Positions 41,997-53,784 of a stretch of 64,000 nucleotides of DNA are shown here, piece after piece. Position 1 is the first letter of the stretch. Each line of letters starts with the position of its first letter. The stretch is from Octopus sinensis (lineage: Eukaryota). The notes under the pieces are model-generated. The model worked only from the letters and a program-made list of their open reading frames with translations, had not been told where the DNA came from and did no database searches. The stretch is taken from contig NC_043015.1 in assembly GCF_006345805.1 (NCBI RefSeq), forward strand, positions 24,862,001 to 24,926,000. The letters are read 5' to 3'. The translations under genes were made by a program, and so were the position numbers.

Positions 41997-42500
41997 GGAG
42001 GTGCAATGGTACAGTGATTAGGGCAGTTGACACACAGTCATAGGATCGCGGTTTTGATTCCCAGACTGGACATTGCAACTGTTTATTGAGCGAAAACACC
42101 TAAAGCTCCACGAGGCTCTGGCAGGGGGTGGTGGTGACCCTGCTGTACTCTTTAACCACAACTTTCTCTCACTCTCTCTTCCTGTTTCTGTTGTAACTGT
42201 ATTTCAAAGGGCCAGCCTTGTCACACTCTCTGTCACACAGAATCTCCCTGAGAACTACGTTTAGGGTACACATGTCTATGGAGTGCTCAGCCACTTGCAC
42301 GTTAATAAATGAGCACCGACGTCACTGGTGCCAAGCTGTATCGGCCTTTGACTTTCCCTTGGATAACATCGGTGGTGTGGAGAGGGTAGGCTGTTATGTG
42401 TGGGCGACTGCTGGCTCTCCATAAACAGCCTTGCCCAGACCTGTACCTCAGAGGGTAACTTTCTAGGTGCAATCCCATGGTCATTCATGAGCGAAGGGGG
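41997..42500 (+). mobile_element. tRNA-derived SINE, family C, with long RTE-like tail
   Basis: ggaggtgcaatggtacagtgattagg (A box), ggttttgattccc (B box), conserved central caactttctctcactc also seen at 28312. Confidence 0.75.
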
Positions 42501-42821
42501 TCACAATTGTATATATGTATATATTTATATATGTGTGTGTGTGTGTGTGTGTATTTAAAAAAATCTGTTGAGGTAACACGTATAAGTAGATAGTTATGAA
42601 AAAGAAGAATGAAAATGCTACTTTCTTAAAATTGGGTACATGTACTATATTGGAATATTAATAAAATTAAATTAAAATTAAGATTAACATTCATAGTTTA
42701 CTTGCCTTTTTCTGCAAGAGAATGTGATAGTTTCCATTAATTTTCATGGCATGACAAGTTGAACTGTCTGTGCGCGCAAATTACTACTATCTATTATATG
42801 AATGTGTGTATATATATATGC

Positions 42822-42857
<36 letters not shown>

Positions 42858-42869
42858 TAAATAAATGTC

Positions 42870-43112
42870 TCCTTCTCAAGCCATGCCAGGCTGACGAGGG
42901 CTGGTTTCCTGGCTTCAGTGGTGTATATAATCATTCTGTTGGATGGGATGCTGGTCCGTCACAGATAACTCATTTTTGCCATCTGAGTGGACTAGAGCAA
43001 AGTCAAAAGAAGCATTTTGCTCAAGGACACAACATGTTGCCCAGTCCAGGAACTGAAATCACAATATCTCGATCATGAGTTCACCACCCTAACCCCTAAG
43101 CCACACACCTCC
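42870..43112 (-). mobile_element. CORE-like tRNA SINE
   Basis: Minus strand ggaggtgtgtggcttagggg...gtgtccttgagcaaaat (CORE-like). A similar copy lies at about 37140-37300. Confidence 0.65.
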
Positions 43113-43159
43113 ATTATACACATACACACACACACACACACATATATATATTCATGCAT

Positions 43160-43575
43160 ACATACATATACTCTTTTACTCTTTTACTTGTTTCAGTCAT
43201 TTGACTGCGGCCATGCTGGAGCACCAACTTTAGTCGAGCCAATCGACACCGGGACTTATTCTTTGTAAGCCCAGTACTTATTCTATCAGTCTCTTTTTGC
43301 CAAACCGCTAAGTGACAGGGACGTAAACACACCATCATCGGTTATCAAGCAATGCTAGGGGGACAAACACAGATACACAAACACATAGACACACATATAT
43401 ATATACCTATATATGACAGGCCTCTTTCAGTTTCTGTCTACCAAATCCACTCACAAGGCATTGGTCGGCCTGAGGCTATAGCAGAAGACACTTGCCCAAG
43501 ATGCCACGCAGTGGGACTGAACCCGGAACCATGTGGTTGGTAAGCAAGCTACTTACCACACAGCCACTCCTGCGC
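43160..43575 (-). mobile_element. tRNA-derived SINE, family A
   Basis: Full reverse-complement copy. Confidence 0.85.
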
Positions 43576-43661
43576 CTATACAAATATATTACACTAATGG
43601 TGCACCAGCATAGCCATAAGGCTGAAACATATAAAAGAATATATAGATATATACCTGCACA

Positions 43662-43707
<46 letters not shown>

Positions 43708-44402
43708 CACATATTTTCTATTATATAAATTGGACATAGTCGATCATTGTATTCTTTCTTGTCTTGAGGTTCACAGCCAAATGGGAGGGTGGCTTTGCCT
43801 GAGAAATGGCACACAGGAGGAGACGGGTACATAGATTGTGCTGCAATTTGTTTTTTCTCCTAGCCCACATAGTTACTGAGAAAATCGATTAAAACTTTTC
43901 TAATGGAATTCCCCAGTTTGTTCCACCATTAAACAACCAGTTGCTCACACAGCTGGCATATACCATTTCGCTAGCAACAGGGGGAGTACAGGATGACAGT
44001 CAACCAAAACTTTTGCTATGCTGTCTCTCTTCTTTCACCTCTTTGTGGGGTTAATAATCTTAATCTTTAGTTACAGTTTCTCATTCAAACTACATAATTG
44101 GCAGAATTGTTGGATTAAGATAGTAGGGTGTTTTGAGGGAAATTTGGCTATTTCTACCGGGTCTAGCTACCATCTAGAGGTCTGAACTGAATTTTCATTT
44201 ACATATTTGCATTTTCAAAAATATAATCTTTTCCATAAATCAACTGTTGTAAAAATGTTATACGATGACTTCACATTTTCTATGTATGTGTGTGTATCTT
44301 AAAAGACATCAATCATCACGACACAAGCCTTCACTCACTCACTCAATCTCTCTATCTCACCCTCTTTCTCTCTCACATGCACACGTGCAAGCACACACAC
44401 AT

Positions 44403-44435
<33 letters not shown>

Positions 44436-44810
44436 CATTTCATATATCTTCTTACAAATTCTGCTCTCTGCAAATAAAATTTTTATGGATACAACTGCTT
44501 ACAAAAATAGGCATTAATGTATAATTTCTTTCTATGTTCATAATCAAATCAATGCTTTAATGATTAGACAGAAGTCCAATAGAATAGCTCTCAGAAACAG
44601 ACTACGTACAAATTCGTTCTTCACAACTCCAGAAGCTGTTTTCTGACAGGGGGTGGGTCAGAAAATTTTCATACAGCTGGAGGCTCCAATCAAAACAGGG
44701 GACCCAAACTGATATGGTTGAGAAACACTGTTATAGATTATGCCTAGCCTAAAACGATCACAGCCACATCATCCAAACAGACCGAGTGAAACCGGGCTTA
44801 GCTGCTAATA

Positions 44811-44835
<25 letters not shown>

Positions 44836-44843
<8 letters not shown>

Positions 44844-45751
44844 GTTTAAGATGATTAGTTTGTATTTTTGAAATTAACTATTTCATCTTTAGATATGAAA
44901 AATTAATTTATTAGGTCTTTATTATATGTGCATATATATTTATTTATAGAGATTATTTAGATCTTAATTATATATTTATATATTTATATACATTTATATA
45001 TTTTCATTGATATTTTATATTTTAATAATATGAATAATCATTTTTGTTGTAAAATATTTATGTAATTAGATATTGACTATTACTGATATTAGATTATTAG
45101 TGGGTTTCTTACCTTAAAAATTAATACTTAAAAATTAAAATTAATATTTAACATTATAATCGTTGTTTTGACATAATCATAATCGTTAAGTTTCTAGTTT
45201 CATAATAGAGTTTATATTATTTATTTCTTAAAAAATATTGTTTAAATATTTTTGATTATTTATTAAAATATTACAATTAACCTGAAGATTGACTGTAACC
45301 ATAACTCAAATTATTAATAGAATTTAAATTATTGTTATTTGAATTGGTTACGGGCATGAAATGATCATAGTGTTTTTACTCTTTATCTTATTAAACTTTT
45401 AATACTTTTTGATAGTTTATAAAAAAATAAATAAATAAATAAATAAATATAAAAATATAAGATATGAAAAAAAATTAAAAAATTAAAAATTAAAAAGTAT
45501 AAATAAAAATAAATAAATAAATAATTAAATAAAATAATAATAAAAAAAATATATATATTTGTAATTTATAAGTTTAATTTCTTAATTTAAATAATTTTTT
45601 AAAATATTAACTTTAATTTAAATATTTTGATTGGATTTTTATATTTTATATTTTATATTTTTTATATATTTTTAAATTAATTTTATTTCTATGTATTGGC
45701 TTATGATTTTCACTGTTTGATTTGCTTAATAGTGGTTTTATCTCTAATTTA

Positions 45752-45755
<4 letters not shown>
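44836..45755. mobile_element. Extremely AT-rich decayed Penelope-like remnant
   Basis: Its end is homologous to 8775-8845. No intact ORF. Family assignment is inferred. Confidence 0.35.
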
Positions 45756-45791
<36 letters not shown>

Positions 45792-45798
45792 CATATAA

Positions 45799-45912
<114 letters not shown>

Positions 45913-46136
45913 CATATACATACAGACACACATATATGCATATATATATATGTGTGTATAACTATGTCAAGAACATCAAATTCTCTTAAAGGTATCTAAC
46001 CATTCAAGTTCCCCAGTTATATCCATTCCTTCTGTGAAAAACCAAAGAAGTTAATTTCACATAGCTGGATATGAGTATATAAATATTCTTGTATGAGAAA
46101 AAGAAAAAAATGGAGAAATTCATATACAGACATCAA

Positions 46137-46810
46137 TTTATTTGAACAAATTCCATTCAGTATAGCATCAACAAGTTTACACCTACAGCTGTTTCCATAC
46201 CCAATTAATTAAATTTGAGAAATTAAATTAAATTAAAATGAATTAAATTTTCATATTGAATATTGTAAATTGGGTCTTTCATGAGGGGAGAGAATTTATT
46301 AGAGAGGAACTATATTCCAATGTGTTGGTTGACCTTTGATAAACTTAGATGTGTGTGTTTTAGCAACAGGTGTATTTAAAAATAAAGAACATTACTATTC
46401 TTATGTATTTGTGCATGAACGTGTTGAAGTGTTTGGAGCTACAAAATGATGACTTATAAAAACTGCTTCCTAATTGCCATAGTTGAATATTACAGCATCG
46501 ATATTAGTGCACAATAGTGAGAAAGGAAAAGAATGATCTAATCGAAGCTTTCATCACTTTAACACACACATGCCCAAATACATGTTGCTAAAACATCACA
46601 TATTTGAGTCTATCAAAGGTCAATCGACACAGTAGAATGTAGCTACTTTCTAACAAATTCTCTCCCCTGACGAAATACCCGTTTTACAATATTCAATATG
46701 AAAATTTAAATTAATTTAATTTAAATCCTCAAATTTAATTAATTGGGTATGGAAATAGCTGTAGGTGTAAAAAATTTGATGCTATACTGAACAGAATTTA
46801 TTCAAATAAA
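46137..46810. repeat. Imperfect inverted repeat (arms about 230 bp), each arm with a decayed hammerhead-like motif
   Basis: tttatttgaa...cctacagctgtttccataccc versus gggtatggaaatagctgtagg...ttcaaataaa. Confidence 0.85.
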
Positions 46811-46884
46811 CTGATGATGATGATGATGATAATGATGATGATATTAATTTCTACATGTTCTTTTTCTCATACAAGAATATATAA

Positions 46885-46935
<51 letters not shown>

Positions 46936-47417
46936 CACATCCTTGTGTATATTTGTGTTTGCATGTGTGGATATTAGTGGTGATATGTGTGGGTGGGAAC
47001 TAGTACCCTCTTGAGATAACTCATATTATTCTAGAGATGAGAAAAAATAGGGCTCTCTGTACAGTAGGAAGTAAAAGAGAAAAACCACAAGAAGTGCTGT
47101 GTTATTTTGTAAGTGAGCAGTTGTTAATGCATGACAATGTTTTAAAAACTTCATAGTATACAATGATATCATTGAATGGAAGAATGAGTGAAAGCCTATG
47201 GAATGTTGCGGTGACTGATTTAAAAGACTGACAAGAATTTTCCATCACATCGTTATAGGAATTTCATCACAAGGTTTCTGATGAAGTAACTTGCCAACAA
47301 TCTACGACCCATGCACGTGCATACATTCAGTGTTGCATATATATGCATGTTTGCATGTATATGCATATATATGTGCATATATAATTGAGCATTCATATGT
47401 ATATACATTTATATGCT

Positions 47418-47485
<68 letters not shown>

Positions 47486-47571
47486 AAGGGTGAAAAGGAA
47501 CACACGAGTTGATATATATGAAAAAACAAGTCAAAATAGAAAATGCTAAAATAATTTTATAGTGAACATTT

Positions 47572-47609
47572 CAGTACCAGTTTCGGTCATTTTGAGACCT
47601 TTTCAACTG
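47572..47609 (-). ncRNA. Mirror copy of the U3:A8 minimal hammerhead (left arm of palindrome; CCDC39 sense)
   Basis: Exact reverse complement of 47850-47887. Confidence 0.6.
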
Positions 47610-47849
47610 TAACGATTAAATAATTAAATTTAGAAAAATTAGAAGAAAAGTTTTTTTAAAGGAATATTTCTATAGTAGTGTTCAGATATAAGGGGCATTC
47701 TGCCTTTCTCTGACTCCCTTGTTTGCACTTGTGTAAACAAGGGAGTCAGAGAAAGGCAGAATGCCCCTTATATCTGAACACTACTATAGAAATATTCCTT
47801 TAAAAAAACTTTTCTTCTAATTTTTCTAAATTTAATTATTTAATCGTTA

Positions 47850-47887
47850 CAGTTGAAAAGGTCTCAAAATGACCGAAACTGGTACTG
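47850..47887 (+). ncRNA. Minimal hammerhead-like motif with U3:A8 core variant (right arm of palindrome)
   Basis: CAG TTGAAAA GGTC tcaaaat GACC GAAAC TG GTA CTG: 3-bp stem I, 4-bp stem II, GUA site. Confidence 0.6.
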
Positions 47888-47935
47888 AAATGTTCACTAT
47901 AAAATTATTTTAGCATTTTCTATTTTGACTTGTTT

Positions 47936-48013
<78 letters not shown>

Positions 48014-48228
48014 AATAGACACAAACTCTATGTATACAAACATATATATATATATATTTGTGTGTCTATATATATATACTTGTGTGTGTGCATATATATA
48101 AATATATATATATATACACACACAATCAAATATGCATACATGAGTAAGTATATATCCACATAAAATTCAATAATCTATATATGTGTATATATTCATGCAT
48201 GTATGTAAATTTGTGTGCTCACATATGC

Positions 48229-48298
<70 letters not shown>

Positions 48299-48405
48299 GT
48301 ATATACATATATATACATGCATATACATAAGTGTATCCATGAACAGGTGTAGATACACACACAGAGCTCAATCTTGTAAATTATTGAGACAAAAAGGAAT
48401 CTTAC

Positions 48406-48481
48406 CTTGATGACATAATAAGCCTGAGATTTTTCTTCTTCTCCGTCAGATGGTGCCATTGCTGAAGTTAAGATTTCATGC
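48406..48481 (-). CDS. CCDC39: CCDC39 internal exon (R-HEILTSAMAPSDGEEEKSQAYYVIK), phase 2/0
   Basis: Acceptor tctttcccag, donor gtaaga, 76 nt. Near-diagnostic match to the CCDC39 motif [25 protein letters not shown] (recalled). Confidence 0.94.
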
Positions 48482-49619
48482 CTGGGAAAGACCAAAAAAT
48501 GGTTGATTACTCATACATACATACAGTATACAATGACATAAACTTACCAACATTTATCTATATGTATGTATATATGTGTGTGTGTGTGCATGTGAGTTGT
48601 GGATGCACATGCATGCATCTGTGTGTGTGTGTGCATGTATGTATATATATATATGAGTTTGAGAGTATGTGTATGTTTATGTCTCCTTTTCTTGATATTG
48701 TATAGTTGTTGGTACCACAAATCCATATAAGAAGTTCTCTCAAGTTAAATGATGCAGTATCCTCTGTTCTAAAACAAACTCCACATTAAGTTCAAGATGA
48801 CGGCAACCTTCCTCTATTTATACAGCTTCAGCTACTATTAATTTTTTTTTTCTTAAATGTCATTCATTTCCAATATTTCGTGCAAATGGAAAATGTCTGC
48901 CCATGGAAAAATATTACTTTTCTTGGAAAGTGGCAAGGGCTGGTAACAAACTAGGCATCCAGCTTTAGAAAATCTTCTTTGATTAACTCCATCCAGCCAA
49001 TGGAAACATTAAAGAATGAGCATTGAAACACTGATGACAAGCGCAATGGTGAGGATATTACATGGAAGGAGATATATAGAAAGATACAAACATGTGCATA
49101 AATACAAATGTACACAAAATATGTCCACACTATTGGAGATAATATAGGGTAACTGGATATTGGTGATGTAGCAGAGTTATGTGTCCACAGCTGTCCTCAT
49201 TTCTCCAGACAATCATTCTGTCTTTTCCTTTATGTCATGTCAGTTGGAGGGAATTATTTATTCATCATGTCTATATATATATTGGGTATGGTAGATGAGT
49301 TCAGCAAAAATTTAGAGTCAGAAGAATATGGTACTTAAGTTGAGGCACCAGAATTTAGTACGGTATTATCCATACAATTTCAAAGTAAGGTAATTAAAAT
49401 CAAAATAAGCAACATGGATATCCAGAAGTAATGCAGTACAATCATTTCATGTAACTCCATTTAATTGAACAATGCAATCATTACATCAACTTAAAATGCA
49501 GAACAATCTTCAGCTGTACAAAGACAGAGAATTTAATTAAATTAGAGCAGATGGACACATTAGTATAATTATACCTAAAATCTCCAAGAAGTTAAGGAGA
49601 TAGAAAAAGAACATGCTGT

Positions 49620-49975
49620 CTCACTCCAGTTTAGACGTTACCTTACTAGCACATGTGCCAGCGGCACGTGAAAAACAACATTTGAGCGTGGTCATTGCCA
49701 GTGCTGCCAGACTGGCTCTTGTGCAGGTAGCAAATAAAAACACTTTTTGAGCATGGTCGTTGCCAGAACCACCTGACTGGCCCTCCTGCCAGTGGCACAT
49801 AAAAAGCACCCACTACACTCTTGGAGTGGTTTGCATTAGAAAGGGCATCAAGCTGTAGAAACTTTGCCAGATCAGATTGGAGCCTGGTGCAGCCTTCTGG
49901 CTCATCAGTCCTCAGTCAAACCATCCAACCCATGCCAGCATGGAAAGTGAACGTTAAACGAGGATGATGATGATA
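49620..49975 (+). mobile_element. RTE 3' UTR plus tail fragment
   Basis: ggcacgtgaaaaa/gcacataaaaagcacc repeats and atgatgatgat tail. Confidence 0.8.
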
Positions 49976-50393
49976 ATGTTGTATATATACAGAGAGACAG
50001 ACATACAGATAGATAGATTAGAGACTCATGCATAGAAGCACATGCATGTGAACAGACACACACACACAAACACATGCATATGTATATACGTTAATAATGA
50101 AGCATAAATAATTAAACAATAAAAGAAAATGGTTTAAAAATGTAAATTTAAAATTCTTCTGATAATAGAGTTGAAAAGAAATAGTATGCTGATCTTGTTG
50201 TTGTTATTTCACACAAAATTTTGAAAAGATATCACGAGAACATTTTTTTGCTTCAGTCTATTGTTTTTATTTTCTTCTTTTGTATGCTTTTTCTAATATC
50301 ATGTACATGAGTCAATGAAAGAACACCTAACCAGTTGCTAAATTTGGTAGAAATAGCAGTTAAATCTTGAATCATATGTTATCTTCTTAACTA

Positions 50394-50627
50394 TAGCGTG
50401 TTCAAAAAGTCTATCCACAGTAAGTATTTAATGGTTTATGGGTGATTCTTGTACACTGATCTTTTACATGCTCCCCGGAAAAAAATGTCTAGCGGTGTTA
50501 AATCAAGTGAACTTGGTGGCCAAAGTCCCTCTGAAATAATCTGTTCACTGAAAAACTCTAGATGTGGCACCATTGTCATGTACAGGATGAAAAAAATTCA
50601 CTGCGAAGAGACTTTTTGAACAACCTT
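50394..50627 (-). mobile_element. Mariner-derived MITE
   Basis: TIRs gtgttcaaaaagtct / agactttttgaacaac with TA flanks; internal WPPSSLDLTPLDIFF remnant. Confidence 0.8.
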
Positions 50628-51244
50628 TATTTTGTTAATAACTTTCTGCTGAAATACACTTTCTTTTGATTAATTTTGAATAAAATATCTTCTTAGTTTC
50701 TTACATGTAACACAGAATTTAGTAAAATAATTGTCATTACTAAGCTGCTGTTTAAAACACAAGATGAAATTTTGATGAAATGTTTCAATTTAGATTGTGT
50801 TAACTCAAGAAATTTATGTCAAAGAAACTGGAACATCAAACTCTTTTGATGGCTATCAAGAATTAAAGATCTTCGTAGTCATCATGGTCATGATAGTTTT
50901 GACGTCTACTTTTCCATGCTTGCATTGATCAGAAGGAATCCACTGAGGCAGATTTTCTATCATTGTGTGCTCTTACTTGCACCAACATTTGCCTGTTTCC
51001 AAGCAATTTTATGAACTTCCTGGACATAATTATTTAGTTAACAGTAAACGAATGACATCGTTCATGACATTTGAAAAGCATGAGGGGAATGTCAAGATAT
51101 GTCAAGAAGCCTTGATGTGGTTTTTGTGGGTACTGTTTGAAGTGTTGGTTGCAATCAGACATCTCATGTGAAGACGACAGAGATTTGAACGAATTCACAA
51201 AAACATCTATACAAACAGATACACATATATCATTATCATCATCG

Positions 51245-51868
51245 GGTGATTTTATTCAGTAAAATCGCCATTGGTTTCAACCACATCCTCCAGACGACTT
51301 TGGAATCTCCTGCAACTCTTCTGGACAGTCTTCTTGTTGAGGAATGCTGCATAATCCTTGCTTCAGTTCATTTTTGGTGTTACAAGGAGTTTTGTTGATC
51401 TCTCGTTTAACCAGGTTGCAGTCTGAGGAGTTAGGTGGCCAGATGTTAGGGGTGATTTGGTCGCAGAAATTGTCTGACAGCCATGACTGGATTCTACTGC
51501 TTGTGTGACAGGGTGCAGAGTCTTGTTGCCAGACATAGGGTCTTCTAGTAACCACCCTCTTGACCCAGGACAGTACTACCTCCTCCAGGCATTTTATGTA
51601 AGCCTCTATGTTGAGTCTGAGGCCATGTGGAAACATGAATGAAAGCATGTTGTCATCACTCCAAACACCATGATGATGACTGAATGTTTGATTTTTATCA
51701 CTCATGGTACAAGTCCTCAGATTCACACCCAAACATTCTGAAATGTTCAAGTTGGAGCTTCCAGTGGGAATGCCAAGCAGTACAGCATGTCGTTTCCAAA
51801 TTTCTGGCATAGGGAATTGTGTCATGTTGCTGTTTTTGTCACAGATGGTACCCAACTGACCCTACTAT
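51245..51868 (-). mobile_element. Tc1/mariner-superfamily transposase relic
   Basis: ORF 51277-51855: YVWQQDSAPCHTSSRIQSWLSDNF...WPPNSSDCN (second D and WPP.SPD motif). Confidence 0.88.
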
Positions 51869-52005
51869 ATATATATATACACACACACACACACATACAC
51901 ACACACAAGGTGAGAAGGGGCGAATTTGTCACCATTTCATATTTTTAATTTCGCATATGTGCATTGTCTTTTACTTTTTTTGATAATGCAGTATTCATTC
52001 ACCTA

Positions 52006-52041
<36 letters not shown>

Positions 52042-52225
52042 GGTGAATGAATTATCTTATGTTTATCGTCAGCATGGAAAATTCGTTTAACTGAAACCTG
52101 GGTAGCAAATTCACGTCAGAAACACGGTTGAAGCGACCTGTCAAGGGTAGAAACTCCGGGTTCATGTGTGTATATGAATAAATGAAAGAATGGAGTCGAA
52201 CGAAGATGTTAACAAAATTCCTTTA

Positions 52226-52307
52226 CTCTCGACACATGTTTCGAAGACAGCATGTTTTCATTCCAAAGGAATAAAGGGTGCATTATGCAATCTTCTCATC
52301 AGGAAAG
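52226..52307 (-). ncRNA. Hammerhead ribozyme (type I, Penelope-like minimal), GUC cleavage site, intronic, sense to CCDC39
   Basis: Minus strand reads CTTTC CTGATGA GAAGA [43 nt] TCTTC GAAAC ATGT GTC GAGAG. Complete CUGAUGA/GAAA/GUC core, 5-bp stem I (one G.U), 5-bp stem II and near-palindromic stem III ACATGTGT. Confidence 0.8.
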
Positions 52308-52612
52308 AAAGGGAGCCTCTCTCGACAACAAGACAAACAAAAATTTTGATGATTGCTTACATGGTAAACAAAGCGATGAGTGTTTTTTTAAAAAAACCAT
52401 TAGAAGAATTGACGTCAAAAATAGATAGTAGGAAAAGAAGGGATAAAGTAATAATAGGTAGGGAACAAGTGGAGAGGGAAGGGTACATTGATTGATATGT
52501 ATGTATGTATATGTGTTTGTGTGTATATATATGTATATATATGTACACACATACACTTTGCTGTATTTCTACAATAAATATATATTCATTTAATTATCCT
52601 CCTTCTCCTGTA

Positions 52613-52643
<31 letters not shown>

Positions 52644-52842
52644 CTACCACTGCATTAAGCAAAAAAACAACAAACAAGCAACAACAATAGAAATGACACA
52701 AGTTTCAAATATTACTCAAAGATTTCTTATCAATCACGAATTCAATAAAACATTTTAAATAAAAAAAATTCTTCATTCAGACTTGTGTTTTCAAATAGAA
52801 AACAAAGACAAACAACAAATATAAGGCAAAGAGGCAACCTAC

Positions 52843-52982
52843 CGGGCTCCCAGTTTCTTAAGTTTTGCCTGTCGTTCATGTAATTCCATATTGATAGTCT
52901 GTCGCTCAGTCTCCACAACTTTTATTTGCGATAACAGCATGTCATTATGAATCTTTATTTCATGTTTACGCTCTTTTTTAAC
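52843..52982 (-). CDS. CCDC39: CCDC39 internal exon (VKKERKHEIKIHNDMLLSQIKVVETERQTINMELHERQAKLKKLGA-R), phase 0/2
   Basis: Acceptor aatgttgcag, donor gtaggt, 140 nt. Matches recalled CCDC39 [47 protein letters not shown]. Phases fit both neighbouring exons. Confidence 0.92.
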
Positions 52983-53489
52983 CTGCAACATTTTGAAAAT
53001 GTTTCAGGAAAATAAATTGAAAGTAAACAGAAGAGTGTAATGAAAGAAAAAACAAATCAAAGGTGAAAAACTTTGGAAAACAATATTTATACAAAGAATT
53101 TTGCATTTATTATATAATGTTTATGTTTCATTTTAGATATTACACATATTTGAAGTAATATAGAATGTTTATAAGCAGAATACTTTAGTCTTTTATTTCT
53201 CTCTGTCATTCCATTGCAGTCATGCTAGAGCAACTATGCTAGAGTAGCCTTGGGGTACTGATTTGTTCAATCTGTCCCCGGTACTTTTTTTGTCTTTAAA
53301 GTCTGGTAGTTATTTTGTTAGTCTTTTTTGCTTTAACTGTTAGTCATTGGTATAAACATGTAAAAACACACACACACACACACACACACAAGTGCGTCTC
53401 TATGTGTGTCTGTATACAAATATATATATATATATATATATAATATATATATATATATATTATATATATATATATACATATATATATAT

Positions 53490-53648
53490 ACGGAGTGGTT
53501 GGTGTTAGGAAGGGCATCCAGCTGTAGAAACATTGCCAGATAAGACTGGAGCCTGGTGCAGCCTTCTGGCTTCCCAGATCCCCGGTCGAACCGTCCAACC
53601 CATGTTAGCATGGAGAATGGACGTTAAACGATGATGATGATGATGATG
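53490..53648 (+). mobile_element. Young RTE 3'-tail insertion, near identical to 6461-6619
   Basis: Same start point and three substitutions over about 140 nt. Confidence 0.85.
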
Positions 53649-53693
53649 TATGTATCAAATGAAATAAATGAAAAACAGGATGCAAAGGATTTT

Positions 53694-53784
53694 GCGGTAC
53701 ATATGTTTCCGGTTTATAGAACAACTTATTCTTACATCAATGCATAATTGATATAATAGATAGATCAAAAACCTTCTTCAGCCG
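53694..53784 (-). ncRNA. Hammerhead ribozyme (type I, Penelope-like minimal), GUA cleavage site, intronic, sense to CCDC39
   Basis: Minus strand reads GCGG CTGAAGA AGGTTT [insert] AAACCG GAAAC ATAT GTA CCGC. Perfect 4-bp GC stem I, 5-bp stem II with an A.G pair at its base, and perfect palindromic stem III ACATATGT. Confidence 0.75.

Larger units (their letters stand above)
47512..47947. repeat. Near-perfect 436-bp palindrome (2-nt loop, one G.T mismatch)
   Basis: Symmetry centre 47729/47730; arms read as exact reverse complements out to the flanking (TA)n. Confidence 0.95.

Noticed and set aside
44836-45755. Possible mitochondrial insertion (NUMT)
   Set aside because: No recognisable mitochondrial rRNA, tRNA or protein motif; its end matches the nuclear repeat at 8775-8845.
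48690-48768. Apparent exon (TEDTASFNLRELLIWIC) beside a real CCDC39 exon
   Set aside because: The flanking CCDC39 exons already join in frame without it; no compatible donor.
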